In this document: piece by piece, positions 28,628-36,906 of the stretch
Layout of the letters: each line of letters opens with the position of its first letter
How positions within the stretch are numbered: the first letter of the stretch is position 1
From: a virus
Length of the DNA: 64,000 nucleotides
Direction: 5' to 3' (one strand)
Virus record (IMG/VR): IMGVR_UViG_3300035687_000003
Span: 1-64,000 of that record
Notes under the pieces: model-generated
Told to the model about the DNA's origin: nothing
Database searches by the model: none
Seen by the model: the letters and a program-made list of their open reading frames with translations, nothing else
Program-made: the position numbers and the translations under genes

Positions 28628-28663
28628 GGTGCCAGTGTAGGGCTAGAGTGGTGCCGTGTCCAA
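28620..28663. promoter_or_regulatory. Symmetric bidirectional leaderless promoter
   Basis: + strand TGGACA-N17-TAGAGT-N6-GTG; - strand TGGACA-N17-TACACT-N6-GTG; TTGGACACGG/CCGTGTCCAA inverted repeat. Confidence 0.75.
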
Positions 28664-29016
28664 CCCACCTCCTGGCATCCCGCACCGCCGTCATCCCTGC
28701 CCACCCCTGCCCCTGGCGGGTAGACGTGGAGCCCGGCCGGTTCCCGCTCTGCCGCTACGAGGCTCTGCGCGCGACGTCAGGTGCCCCGGGCCGGGAAGCT
28801 CCCCTCAGTGCGCCCATGTTCGCCTGTCACAAGACTGCGGAAGGTGCCGAGCAGGCGTGCGCAGGATGGCTGGCCGCGGTCGGTCGGAAGCGCATCGGAG
28901 TGCGTGCCGCAGTGGCGCTTGGCCGTTTGCCGGTCTCGGTCCTGGACCCCGGCGAGGGCTGGCCGCAGCTGCACACTGGGTATGACGAGATGGTCGCAGC
29001 GAAAGTGATCTACTGA
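28656..29016 (+). pseudogene. DUF6283-like protein with a +1 frameshift
   Basis: Removing one C at 28704-28707 joins VSNPPPGIPHRRHPCPP to CPWRVD..GRFP...FACH...CAGWL. Confidence 0.65.
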
Positions 29017-29027
29017 AAGGGGCTCTC

Positions 29028-29240
29028 GTGAGCGAGCGCACGGAAATCAATGGTGTACCCGTTGAGATGTATGGCACATGGTGCCCACACGGCCACCATG
29101 TCTTTGTGGTCAATCCAGCTGACACTCGTCCGAACCCGACGACGATTGCGGCTGACCCGTGGCCATGCACTCAAGGGTGCACTGCGGAAGGAATTAACGC
29201 TGAAATGGAAGCCGAGATCGACGAATGGCTAAACCCATGA
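29028..29240 (+). CDS. Hypothetical protein
   Basis: AAGGGG RBS; Cys/His motifs. Confidence 0.6.
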   Translation: MSERTEINGVPVEMYGTWCPHGHHVFVVNPADTRPNPTTIAADPWPCTQGCTAEGINAEMEAEIDEWLNP

Positions 29241-29273
29241 GTCTTCCACCTAATGAGATGAGGATGTAGCGTC

Positions 29274-29528
29274 GTGACAGCTTTCGATCCGCAAACTGCG
29301 ACTGAGAATCAAGTATTGCGGAATAAGGCATATTGGCAAGCTCACGATATCGCCGATGAATTAGGGAAGCTTGCTACCAGAATAGCTCATGAAGCTGCGC
29401 CGCTTCGCAATGAATCACGTCCAGCGGCTTCCATTGTCGCCGATGTGGTCAATGCGTACACTCAGGGCAGTAATGCTATCGGCGCGATATTCTGGTCGAT
29501 GATCCGCGAACTTGAGCGAATGAAGTGA
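29274..29528 (+). CDS. Hypothetical protein
   Basis: GAGGA RBS; coupled to the RuvC-like gene. Confidence 0.65.
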   Translation: MTAFDPQTATENQVLRNKAYWQAHDIADELGKLATRIAHEAAPLRNESRPAASIVADVVNAYTQGSNAIGAIFWSMIRELERMK

Positions 29529-30133
29529 TGAGCCTCCCGCGTATGATGAAAATCGGTGGCCTAGATTACTCTATGACCAATTCCGGAATTGCAATCCTGA
29601 CTCGTCGTGTCACTGGTGAATGTGTTATGCACACTACTACGGTTCGCAGTACTGGTCATCGCGGGGATTCGCTGCCTGTTCGTCGGCAGAGATTGGCTAC
29701 TCTTGCCGCCGACGTGGTGCACCATCTGGGCACCTGCGACCTGGTCGTCATTGAAGGTGTCATCCGCGGGGCGACGGGGGCGCTGCTGGACCGCTACGGT
29801 GGACTATGGTTCATCATGGACCCGCTCATCCGTCGCGAGGTTCCGATCGCTGTAGCCGGTCCCGGTTCCGCTAAGAAGGCGATCACGGACAACGGTCGGG
29901 CGGACAAGGCGCTCATGTCCCGATACATCACGAAACTCTGGCCGGACCTAGAAACGGCTAACGAGCATGAAAGCGACGCCGCGGGGCTAGCGCATCTCGG
30001 GGCCGTGGCTCTCGGATGGAACGTGTCCACTTTGGAGCGGCACAAAGCGGTGAAGTGGACGGAATGGCCGGAGTTCGGGCCAACGGCCCATCTGGTCGCA
30101 TTGCCGATGGATTATGCGGAGGAGGTTTCGTGA
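29525..30133 (+). CDS. RuvC-like Holliday junction resolvase
   Basis: GLDYSMTNSGIA, VVIEG, KKAIT..G.ADK, HESDA. Confidence 0.88.
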   Translation: MMSLPRMMKIGGLDYSMTNSGIAILTRRVTGECVMHTTTVRSTGHRGDSLPVRRQRLATLAADVVHHLGTCDLVVIEGVIRGATGALLDRYGGLWFIMDPLIRREVPIAVAGPGSAKKAITDNGRADKALMSRYITKLWPDLETANEHESDAAGLAHLGAVALGWNVSTLERHKAVKWTEWPEFGPTAHLVALPMDYAEEVS

Positions 30134-30294
30134 CCAGGTGGAACCATGCGTTTATCGCGGGATGCACCTTGTCGATCGTATCAGTGGTTGCAAACTCGTC
30201 GGAAGCTTATCGTCAGGTCATGGTATATGCGTGGGAGGTTTTCCTGGTCGCCTTAATCGTCGACGCCGTAATTGGTGGCTACCGGGATAGGTGA
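30130..30294 (+). CDS. Small 2-TM membrane protein
   Basis: GGAGG RBS, GTGA coupling, hydrophobic. Confidence 0.55.
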   Translation: MTRWNHAFIAGCTLSIVSVVANSSEAYRQVMVYAWEVFLVALIVDAVIGGYRDR

Positions 30295-30347
30295 TCACCT
30301 ATTCGCAGGCAATGCTCCGTTCAGAATACGACAGAGGAGAGTAAATA

Positions 30348-30848
30348 ATGGCAGGCGAAGTGACTGTGACGATTGTCGGCACAGTATGTGCTGACCCGGA
30401 GATGCGGTTTATTTCCAGCGGTGATGGGGTGGTTAACTTTACGATCGCTTCCAACTCCCGCCGGCTCAATAAGGATACGGGCAAGTGGGAAGATTCGGAT
30501 GCATTGTTCATGCGGTGCAATGCTTGGCGGCAGCTCGCGGAGAACATTAACGAAAGCCTGTCGAAAGGTGACCGAGCTATTGTCACCGGTCGACTTAAGC
30601 AACGCAGCTATACGACAAAGGAAGGTGAGAAGCGTACCGTCGTTGAGCTGGAGGTCGACGAGATCGGGCCTAGTCTCAAGTGGGCTACGGTCAAGGTGAA
30701 CAAGGCTACCCGTTCCGGCGGCAAGGCAACCCAGGATGACGACCAGTGGGCCTCCGCTCAGCCGGCCAAGGCGTCTGCGGGTGGTGACAGCTGGGATGAT
30801 GACCCGCCGCCGTTCTTCCGGTCCGAACGGTTCGACAATGAGTTCTGA
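30348..30848 (+). CDS. ssb: Single-stranded DNA-binding protein
   Basis: Actinobacterial SSB signature DPEMRF..SG..V.NFTIAS...RCNAWRQLAEN...GRLKQRSY...VELEVDEIGPSL; DDDPPF-like tail with a short extension. Confidence 0.97.
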   Translation: MAGEVTVTIVGTVCADPEMRFISSGDGVVNFTIASNSRRLNKDTGKWEDSDALFMRCNAWRQLAENINESLSKGDRAIVTGRLKQRSYTTKEGEKRTVVELEVDEIGPSLKWATVKVNKATRSGGKATQDDDQWASAQPAKASAGGDSWDDDPPPFFRSERFDNEF

Positions 30849-30849
30849 C

Positions 30850-31032
30850 ATGGGCTGCAGCAGATGGCTCGACAATGGTGCGCTATGCGGGAAGCCGGTC
30901 GCATGGGGCAGGCCGGTGACCATACTTCTCGACCCAGTACTTTGCCGGTACGGAACATATATGGCGAAAGTATGTTCCGAGCATCGGCAGGAATACGATA
31001 ACGCAATGGCTGCGATGGGTATAGGGAAGTGA
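30850..31032 (+). CDS. Hypothetical Cys-rich protein
   Basis: Directly follows ssb. Confidence 0.5.
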   Translation: MGCSRWLDNGALCGKPVAWGRPVTILLDPVLCRYGTYMAKVCSEHRQEYDNAMAAMGIGK

Positions 31033-31053
31033 GTCCTGACATGGGTTCAAGTC

Positions 31054-31371
31054 GTGATTGACCCGGTCAGCCTCGCGGTAGGCGCTATAATCTTTCTCGG
31101 CGGCCTAGCGGCTGGTCGTCTCATTTACCGAACTAGCGTCTTAATCGGTTCAAACGTGAAGTCGCCTGTAGCTAAATGCTCGTGCGCGCATGGTTGTGGC
31201 GCGCACGAACCCAATGGCGGCGCCTGCAATGAGCAGGTTAAGCGGGCGTCAAGGTGGAATTATGAAGGAGACGCAATTGGGTACGAGTGGGTTGGTTGTC
31301 CGTGTCGCGCGTATGATGGGCCGGAGCCTCTTCCTCGGGTATGGTCTACCAACCCGCCATTATTGCCATGA
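31054..31371 (+). CDS. Membrane-anchored Cys-rich protein
   Basis: N-terminal TM; CSC.H...H...C...CPC..Y.GPEP. Confidence 0.7.
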   Translation: MIDPVSLAVGAIIFLGGLAAGRLIYRTSVLIGSNVKSPVAKCSCAHGCGAHEPNGGACNEQVKRASRWNYEGDAIGYEWVGCPCRAYDGPEPLPRVWSTNPPLLP

Positions 31372-31685
31372 CTACGAGTCCTGACCCGCTATTAGCCTAC
31401 GTCACTTGCCATGACCTAGCCGCTCAAGGTGCCACCTACCGGCAGATCGACCACTGGACAAACCGTGGGTGGTTGGTAGCTGCCAACTCGTTTCCAGGGT
31501 CCGGGAACCAACGGAGATACCCACTGGACCAGCTGGACGTCGTCCGTAAGATGGTGCGGCTCACTGCTGCGGGCATTGCCCCTGCAGCGGCGCACCGGGC
31601 CATCCGCGACGGTGGTTACCTGGCCGCTGGCGTACGTGTGATTATTGAAGATGAACCACAGGACCTGACCGAGGGAACGGAATGA
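31368..31685 (+). CDS. MerR-type HTH DNA-binding protein
   Basis: TYRQIDHWTNRGWL....GSG.QRRY. Confidence 0.85.
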   Translation: MTTSPDPLLAYVTCHDLAAQGATYRQIDHWTNRGWLVAANSFPGSGNQRRYPLDQLDVVRKMVRLTAAGIAPAAAHRAIRDGGYLAAGVRVIIEDEPQDLTEGTE

Positions 31686-31695
31686 GGAGACCGTA

Positions 31696-32181
31696 ATGGC
31701 TAACGCAGAAGTGATCAGGGAGACCCTCGCTGTAGCGCGCGAAAACCGTCACCGGTTCAATATGAGGACGTGGATAAGCGGCCAGGGTAATCCGGACGCC
31801 ACGTCCTGGCAGGAATGCGGCACGACTGCGTGCCTCGGCGGTTGGCGGTGCCTGCTCGACGGACTGCGGCCCAAGTTGTACCCGGATGGATACGTAACGA
31901 CCGAGTTCATTGACCCGTCTACGGGAAAGACGGTGCACCCAGAAGACTGGGCGATGCAGCGTATGGAGCTCCATCGCGGCGAAGCTGAGGCACTACTTCA
32001 GGCTACGCATCTCGGTGATGATATTGATGCCGTGGAGAGGCTTGCAGAGCTAGTTATCTCCGGTGAATGGGTTGGATGCGAAAGCTGCGGCGGTAATGGC
32101 GGCTGCGGCGACTGCGACAACCTAGGGATCGTGCGTTATTCCGGTGGAGCTGCTGACCACCGAAGCGACGGGAGCATGTGA
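31696..32181 (+). CDS. Hypothetical phage protein (CGTTACLGGW family)
   Basis: F.M..W...CGT.AC..GW motif; GAGGAG RBS. Confidence 0.75.
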   Translation: MANAEVIRETLAVARENRHRFNMRTWISGQGNPDATSWQECGTTACLGGWRCLLDGLRPKLYPDGYVTTEFIDPSTGKTVHPEDWAMQRMELHRGEAEALLQATHLGDDIDAVERLAELVISGEWVGCESCGGNGGCGDCDNLGIVRYSGGAADHRSDGSM

Positions 32182-32435
32182 TGGCAACTAGAAACGAGCA
32201 CGGCGGCTGGGATCTCACGACCGAAGAAGCGTCCGATTTAGAACCTGCAGAGATCGAAGAAGTGTCCGATTGGGAACCTTCGGTAACTATCCCCTTCAAG
32301 CAACTATTCGACCGAGATCACTGCGATGCTCAGCGCGGGATTTACCTCTACGCCTGCATTATCTGCGGACGGATCACGCCCAACCGGATCACTCACTTAC
32401 AGACCGAGCACGGAGCGACCAACGTAGATCATTAA
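32178..32435 (+). CDS. C2H2-like Zn-finger protein
   Basis: CIICG...HLQTEH. Confidence 0.6.
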   Translation: MMATRNEHGGWDLTTEEASDLEPAEIEEVSDWEPSVTIPFKQLFDRDHCDAQRGIYLYACIICGRITPNRITHLQTEHGATNVDH

Positions 32436-32474
32436 CCTGGTGGAGTCGGCGGCGGTCAGGGTCTCCGGGAGGCC

Positions 32475-32885
32475 TTGCATGTTCACCTGGCACTGTGCTC
32501 TACGCTGCGGCGCGTGCTCCGTACGTCACGTCAGCCCCCCTGTTACCGCGCTCAACCGCCGACCGCGCCGGACCTGGCGCAGGTTCATGCTGACGACGAG
32601 ATGCTCACCCGGCTATCCCGTAGTCACTACACGGGCACCGACGCGTTGAGCCGACGGTTCGCGGCGCTGCGAGATCGCGTGAGGGGCCAGTCGGCGGAAG
32701 ATGGGCAGCCCGCGCCGTCCACTACCGTGATCTGCGCACTGCTCCTGTTGACCTTGACGTGCTTCGCGTGCGCCACGGTAGTCATGATCACCTCTAAGCG
32801 GCTCGGCGCGTTCATGCTGGCCGTGACCGTGATGCCCTTGATCGCTGCGGGAGTTATCAGCAGGTGGGTCAGGCTAAAAGGTTAG
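32475..32885 (+). CDS. Membrane protein
   Basis: Two C-terminal TM segments. Confidence 0.5.
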   Translation: MHVHLALCSTLRRVLRTSRQPPCYRAQPPTAPDLAQVHADDEMLTRLSRSHYTGTDALSRRFAALRDRVRGQSAEDGQPAPSTTVICALLLLTLTCFACATVVMITSKRLGAFMLAVTVMPLIAAGVISRWVRLKG

Positions 32886-32999
32886 TTTCACCTGGACGGA
32901 TGCACTAACGACGGCTCTAGCTGTCTACGCGAATGCCATGGTCCTCCAGCTTAGGTTACTATCGCGGTCACTAACCACTCACCGCTTAGGAGGCGCATC

Positions 33000-33377
33000 A
33001 TGGCCCAGGTAACCACCGTCGAGTTGATCGACGACCTGGACGGTTCGGCCGCAGAGGAGACAGTAAAGTTCGCGCTGGACGGCAAGCCATACGTCATCGA
33101 CTTGTCGGGGCATAACGCGGGCGTGCTCCGCGACATCCTCGGTGACTACGTGGGCGTTGCCCGCCTTGACCCTGAGGCGCTACTGGCCGCTGGTCGTTCT
33201 CGTGTGACCCGTAAGCCGGGTAGCGGTGCTCCCGCAGCCAACCGCGAGCAGACCGCCGCTGTGCGCGAGTGGGCACGGCGCAACGGCCACCAGGTGTCCG
33301 ACCGGGGCCGGATCTCTGCCACTGTGCAGGCCGCGTTCGATGATGCGCACCGGTCCCCGCTCGCGGTAGCAGGGTGA
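33000..33377 (+). CDS. lsr2: Lsr2 nucleoid-associated protein
   Basis: LIDDLDG..AEETV.F.LDG..Y.IDLS; [18 protein letters not shown]. Confidence 0.96.
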   Translation: MAQVTTVELIDDLDGSAAEETVKFALDGKPYVIDLSGHNAGVLRDILGDYVGVARLDPEALLAAGRSRVTRKPGSGAPAANREQTAAVREWARRNGHQVSDRGRISATVQAAFDDAHRSPLAVAG

Positions 33378-33383
33378 TTTACC

Positions 33384-33776
33384 GTGCGTAAAGAGCTGAA
33401 GATCACTGAAGAGGAGTTATTCATCGCTAGGCGGGGTGTGAGTACCCGTTGCGCCATCGCTGCGGCGATCATGACGCAGGTGCCGTCAGCGCGCCGGATC
33501 AAGGTCGACCAGTCCGAGATCTCGTGGTTGGATGTAGAACGTAACGAGCGGCTGGTGTTCCGGACACCACCGAGTGCACAGGAGTTCGTGCGGCGCTGGG
33601 ATAATGCGCAGGAAGTCGCTCCGTTCACTTTCGTGCTCAGTGACGCCATGCTGCTCGCTCGACGGAAACCCAAGGTGCGTTCTCGGGAAGCGCGGATCGC
33701 CGCGCCGCTACGATCCACGCCCACTAAGAGACCTGGCCTGCTCATGAATCGGCGTGAGGAGAACTGCGAGGCATGA
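33384..33776 (+). CDS. Hypothetical protein
   Basis: In operon; CAIAAAI...RIKVD...R..FRTP. Confidence 0.7.
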   Translation: MRKELKITEEELFIARRGVSTRCAIAAAIMTQVPSARRIKVDQSEISWLDVERNERLVFRTPPSAQEFVRRWDNAQEVAPFTFVLSDAMLLARRKPKVRSREARIAAPLRSTPTKRPGLLMNRREENCEA

Positions 33777-33949
33777 TCCCGTGGCTGACCAAGCTTGGTC
33801 AGTGCCTAGTTTGCGGTGGTCGCGGTGGGTATCCTGGTCCCGGCTGCACGATTCTGTGCGGTCGATGTGAGGGTACTGGTCGAGATCTGGTTCGTAGCTC
33901 GGACTGGTATATGGATTTCGTGTTACCGCAGCAGGCCACGCAACCCTGA
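33773..33949 (+). CDS. DnaJ-type Zn-finger miniprotein (not in ORF track)
   Basis: CLVCGGRG...CGRCEGTG; ATGA coupling. Confidence 0.55.
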   Translation: MIPWLTKLGQCLVCGGRGGYPGPGCTILCGRCEGTGRDLVRSSDWYMDFVLPQQATQP

Positions 33950-34083
33950 CCAGCTCCCGCGCGTCTAGTCATCGTCATCGGTGGCGCGGCGACGGGAGTG
34001 CGACATGGGGGATGGCCAGGTGAGCGTCCGGCGGCCGAGGCGTTGGTCTGGCGGCCGTCTTCGCGCGGGCCGATGATCCCGCA

Positions 34084-34827
34084 ATGCCCGCTGACGAGCG
34101 TCCAGCCGGATCGTGCCTGACGCACTTGCCCCCAAGGGAGGGGCGAGTTCCGCGGCGCGCCGATGATGGCTACTGCACCTGCTCGGACTGTTGTGCCCGG
34201 CTGCATCGGTGGTTGTCCCCCGTCGCGGTCGATGACGCTGGTCGACCGGATGGTATCCCTGGCCTGTACGCGACACTCAACCCTCGACCGGGCTCCGGTG
34301 GGGACACTGGCGGTATCCGGGCCCCCGGCTTCGGGTCCCGCTCGCCAGCGAATGATCACGTGCTAGCAATGCGGGATGCGCGCACTGCGCAGATCGATCC
34401 CGGTGACCCGGCGGCGGCCCCGGCGGTGTTGCGGCAGTGGGTGCTCTACGTCTGGGATGAAAGATTCGACGACGCGGCGCTGGACCAGCCGGACTACCGG
34501 GCACGCCGCGCCGCGCTGCCCACGGCCGTGGAGCCGGCCGCGGTGTGGCTTGCGCGGCAGATGGATTGGCTGACGCGGCGTGAGGTCGTCATTGACTTGT
34601 TCGATGAGCTGCGCAGTCTGCATGCCCAGCTGCGATCCATCGGGTCCAGACGCCGACCGATTGGTGCTTGTCCGAATATGGTTGACGATGGCGGCTCTAC
34701 GCGACGCTGCGGATCGATGCTGTACGCGCCGCGGACGGGCGACTGCATCCGGTGTTATGCGTGCGGCCAGGAGTGGCCGCGGGCGGCATGGCTCCGGCTG
34801 GGGGACCTGCTGTCGACGGTGGACTAG
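34084..34827 (+). CDS. Conserved actinophage Zn-ribbon protein preceding the late region (possible late regulator)
   Basis: N- and C-terminal Cys clusters (IGACP...CG..L...IRCYACG..W). Confidence 0.7.
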   Translation: MPADERPAGSCLTHLPPREGRVPRRADDGYCTCSDCCARLHRWLSPVAVDDAGRPDGIPGLYATLNPRPGSGGDTGGIRAPGFGSRSPANDHVLAMRDARTAQIDPGDPAAAPAVLRQWVLYVWDERFDDAALDQPDYRARRAALPTAVEPAAVWLARQMDWLTRREVVIDLFDELRSLHAQLRSIGSRRRPIGACPNMVDDGGSTRRCGSMLYAPRTGDCIRCYACGQEWPRAAWLRLGDLLSTVD

Positions 34828-34830
34828 CGG

Positions 34831-35037
34831 GTGGTCGGGCCGCGTAGGCGACTGGTCGACGCTACGGTCGCTGCGCTGCATATCCGGCAGACGTACGGTG
34901 TGACGGTGGCACCATCGACCATCCGGTCATGGGCAACTCGCGGCCACATTGCCCGCTACGGCACTGGCCGGCGCGGCGCGCACTACGACCTGGATGAGGT
35001 GGATTGCTACGCCAGTCAGCGGTTCGATCACCAGTGA
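34831..35037 (+). CDS. HTH DNA-binding protein
   Basis: VAPSTIRSWATRGHI...YDLDEV. Confidence 0.75.
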   Translation: MVGPRRRLVDATVAALHIRQTYGVTVAPSTIRSWATRGHIARYGTGRRGAHYDLDEVDCYASQRFDHQ

Positions 35038-35272
35038 TGTTGCGGATCGTCTTGATCAGGTGCCACACTAGGATCTCTGGACCGGATTATGTCCACTTGC
35101 TCCCGATGTTCTCGCCAGCGGCGTGCTCACCGTGTGCCACCTTCCGTTCGTCGCGCTCCGAGAATTGCCCTATTTTCAAGATCAAGCGCACGTTGCGGGG
35201 TCTTGACAGGCAGGGTATGATCAAGGCACGCCTAAAAGGCTCTTGATCATCCCCCTGGCAAGACGCAACGTG

Positions 35273-35416
35273 ACCTGCGGAAACGTATTTTTCGCTTCAC
35301 GGGGCCGCGTGGACCGATCTACCTGCGGAAACACCGTGATTTCGCGATCTTCCAGGACTGCCGTGGACCTATCGTGGACCAACCGTGGACCAACCGTGGA
35401 CCAACCCGTGGACCAA
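35273..35416 (+). repeat. Direct-repeat array: 5 x CGTGGACC at 11-12 bp period, a sixth copy at 35308, and 2 x ACCTGCGGAAAC
   Basis: CGTGGACC at 35362, 35373, 35384, 35395, 35407; ACCTGCGGAAAC at 35273 and 35321; non-coding. Confidence 0.85.
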
Positions 35417-35468
35417 TCCTGACGCCACCTGAGTGACGGTGCCGTACGCGGGTGAGCGGAGGTGCCAG

Positions 35469-35624
35469 GTGGTGATACTTGGCCTAATCTTGATCCTTCT
35501 AGGATACTTCCTGCCGATGTCGATCCTGGTAACCATCGGGTTGGTCTTGCTTGTGGTCGGCGTTGTCCTCGTGCTGCTCGGTGCGACCGGGCACCCGGTA
35601 GGAGGCCGTTCGTACTGGTATTAA
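35469..35624 (+). CDS. DUF6131-like small membrane protein
   Basis: ILGLILILLG...ILVTIG..LLVVG..L..LG..GHPVGGRSYWY; GGAGG RBS. Confidence 0.8.
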   Translation: MVILGLILILLGYFLPMSILVTIGLVLLVVGVVLVLLGATGHPVGGRSYWY

Positions 35625-35661
35625 CTTGATCACCTACCGGGACTGTCTTGCGGAGGTGATC

Positions 35662-35901
35662 ATGAGCCCCGCATGGTTCGACGGCGGCCAGATGCTCCCC
35701 CCGGCCCGCGGCACCTCACGGGAGCGTCACGCAGCGCGTCTCACCTGCGCACGGGCCGCACAGGGTGACGCTGACAACCTGCGGCTGTACTTGAACGTCT
35801 TAGCGCTATGGCCTGCCCAGGACGTCGATGTCACCTACACCGACACACCGACAGTCTGGGGTGCTGACTACATCTCCCGTCGCAGCGGGTTGAGCGACTG
35901 A
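35662..35901 (+). CDS. Hypothetical protein
   Basis: GGAGG RBS before ATG. Confidence 0.55.
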   Translation: MSPAWFDGGQMLPPARGTSRERHAARLTCARAAQGDADNLRLYLNVLALWPAQDVDVTYTDTPTVWGADYISRRSGLSD

Positions 35902-35934
35902 CCAGCGTTGCTACTTGATCGAGAGGACCTGCAC

Positions 35935-36141
35935 GTGTCCCGCTTCACCCGGCTCGCCGCTGTAGCAGCCGTCATTACTCCCCTGGCCGCCGTGTTGCTC
36001 GCCGGTCCCGCCAGCGCGCACACCGTCTGCCCCCGCACCCTGCTGTGCGCACCGGTCGATGCTCCCCTCGTCGACGTCGATGGCCCACTGCTCACCTCGC
36101 CGCTGGTCACTGGCGTCAGCGTGACGGGGGACGCCAAGTGA
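35935..36141 (+). CDS. Small secreted peptide
   Basis: Sec signal ending in PASA; mature part has 2 Cys; GAGG RBS. Confidence 0.7.
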   Translation: MSRFTRLAAVAAVITPLAAVLLAGPASAHTVCPRTLLCAPVDAPLVDVDGPLLTSPLVTGVSVTGDAK

Positions 36142-36590
36142 GGATTCCCCTGGTAGTCGCAGGTGTTGCTAGTGGAGCTGCCCTGGTGTTCGTCGCCGCC
36201 GCGCTGCCAGCGCAGGCCGCGTCCAGCGGGTCAGGGTCGGGATGCGTGAAGGCGCAGCAGGAGCTCAACGCCATCATCATCAACTCGGATAACGCGTCGA
36301 TCAAGCAGCACGCCGAGATCATCGCCAAGTGCAAGGTGACTCATGTGCCGACACCCGCACCGACGCCTGCGCCTACCGTGGTCCCGACGCCTGCACCGAC
36401 TACGGTTCCGGTCCCCGCGCCGACCACTTCGCCGGCCCCGGTCACGATCATTAACAATCCGCCGGCGGTAACCGTAGTACAGCCGCGTCAGCCTGCGCCC
36501 CCGGTGGTCGTTAATCAGACGGCACCTCGTGTTGTGCGGCAGGCCCCGCCGCCGGTCGTGGTTAACGACGACCTCACCGTTACGCACTGA
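36138..36590 (+). CDS. Secreted Pro/Thr/Val-rich protein
   Basis: Signal ending in AQA; two Cys; PTPA repeats; GTGA coupled. Confidence 0.7.
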   Translation: MRIPLVVAGVASGAALVFVAAALPAQAASSGSGSGCVKAQQELNAIIINSDNASIKQHAEIIAKCKVTHVPTPAPTPAPTVVPTPAPTTVPVPAPTTSPAPVTIINNPPAVTVVQPRQPAPPVVVNQTAPRVVRQAPPPVVVNDDLTVTH

Positions 36591-36595
36591 TCGAC

Positions 36596-36889
36596 ATGCG
36601 GACAATGACGAACGCTGAAATCTTGCTGCCCCGCAGCGATCACCCGGTTATCGACTACACGCCGATCTTCATTGAGCAGATTCTATCCACCATCGGCGGG
36701 CATTTCGACCGGCACCAGGTGACGCACCACGACCTCGTATTCGCGATCCGGCGGATCGAGAAGAAGCTGGACATGCTCGTGGCGGCCGTGCAGGGCCTTG
36801 CGCAACCACGTAACGAACCGAGCGCCGAGCAGGCTAAGGCCCCGGACGCGCTTATCGTCACAGGCCCGTCTCCGGCTCCGCCGGAATGA
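36596..36889 (+). CDS. Hypothetical protein
   Basis: Coiled-coil-like IRRIEKKLDML. Confidence 0.55.
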   Translation: MRTMTNAEILLPRSDHPVIDYTPIFIEQILSTIGGHFDRHQVTHHDLVFAIRRIEKKLDMLVAAVQGLAQPRNEPSAEQAKAPDALIVTGPSPAPPE

Positions 36890-36906
36890 TTCAGGTGGTT
36901 GAGCAC

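Noticed and set aside
33785-33802. Perfect 18-bp palindrome CTGACCAAGCTTGGTCAG
   Set aside because: Single copy within a small CDS with no promoter context; function cannot be supported
35362-35416. Possible CRISPR or mini-array
   Set aside because: The 8-bp units are separated by only 3-4 nt; no unique spacers and no cas genes
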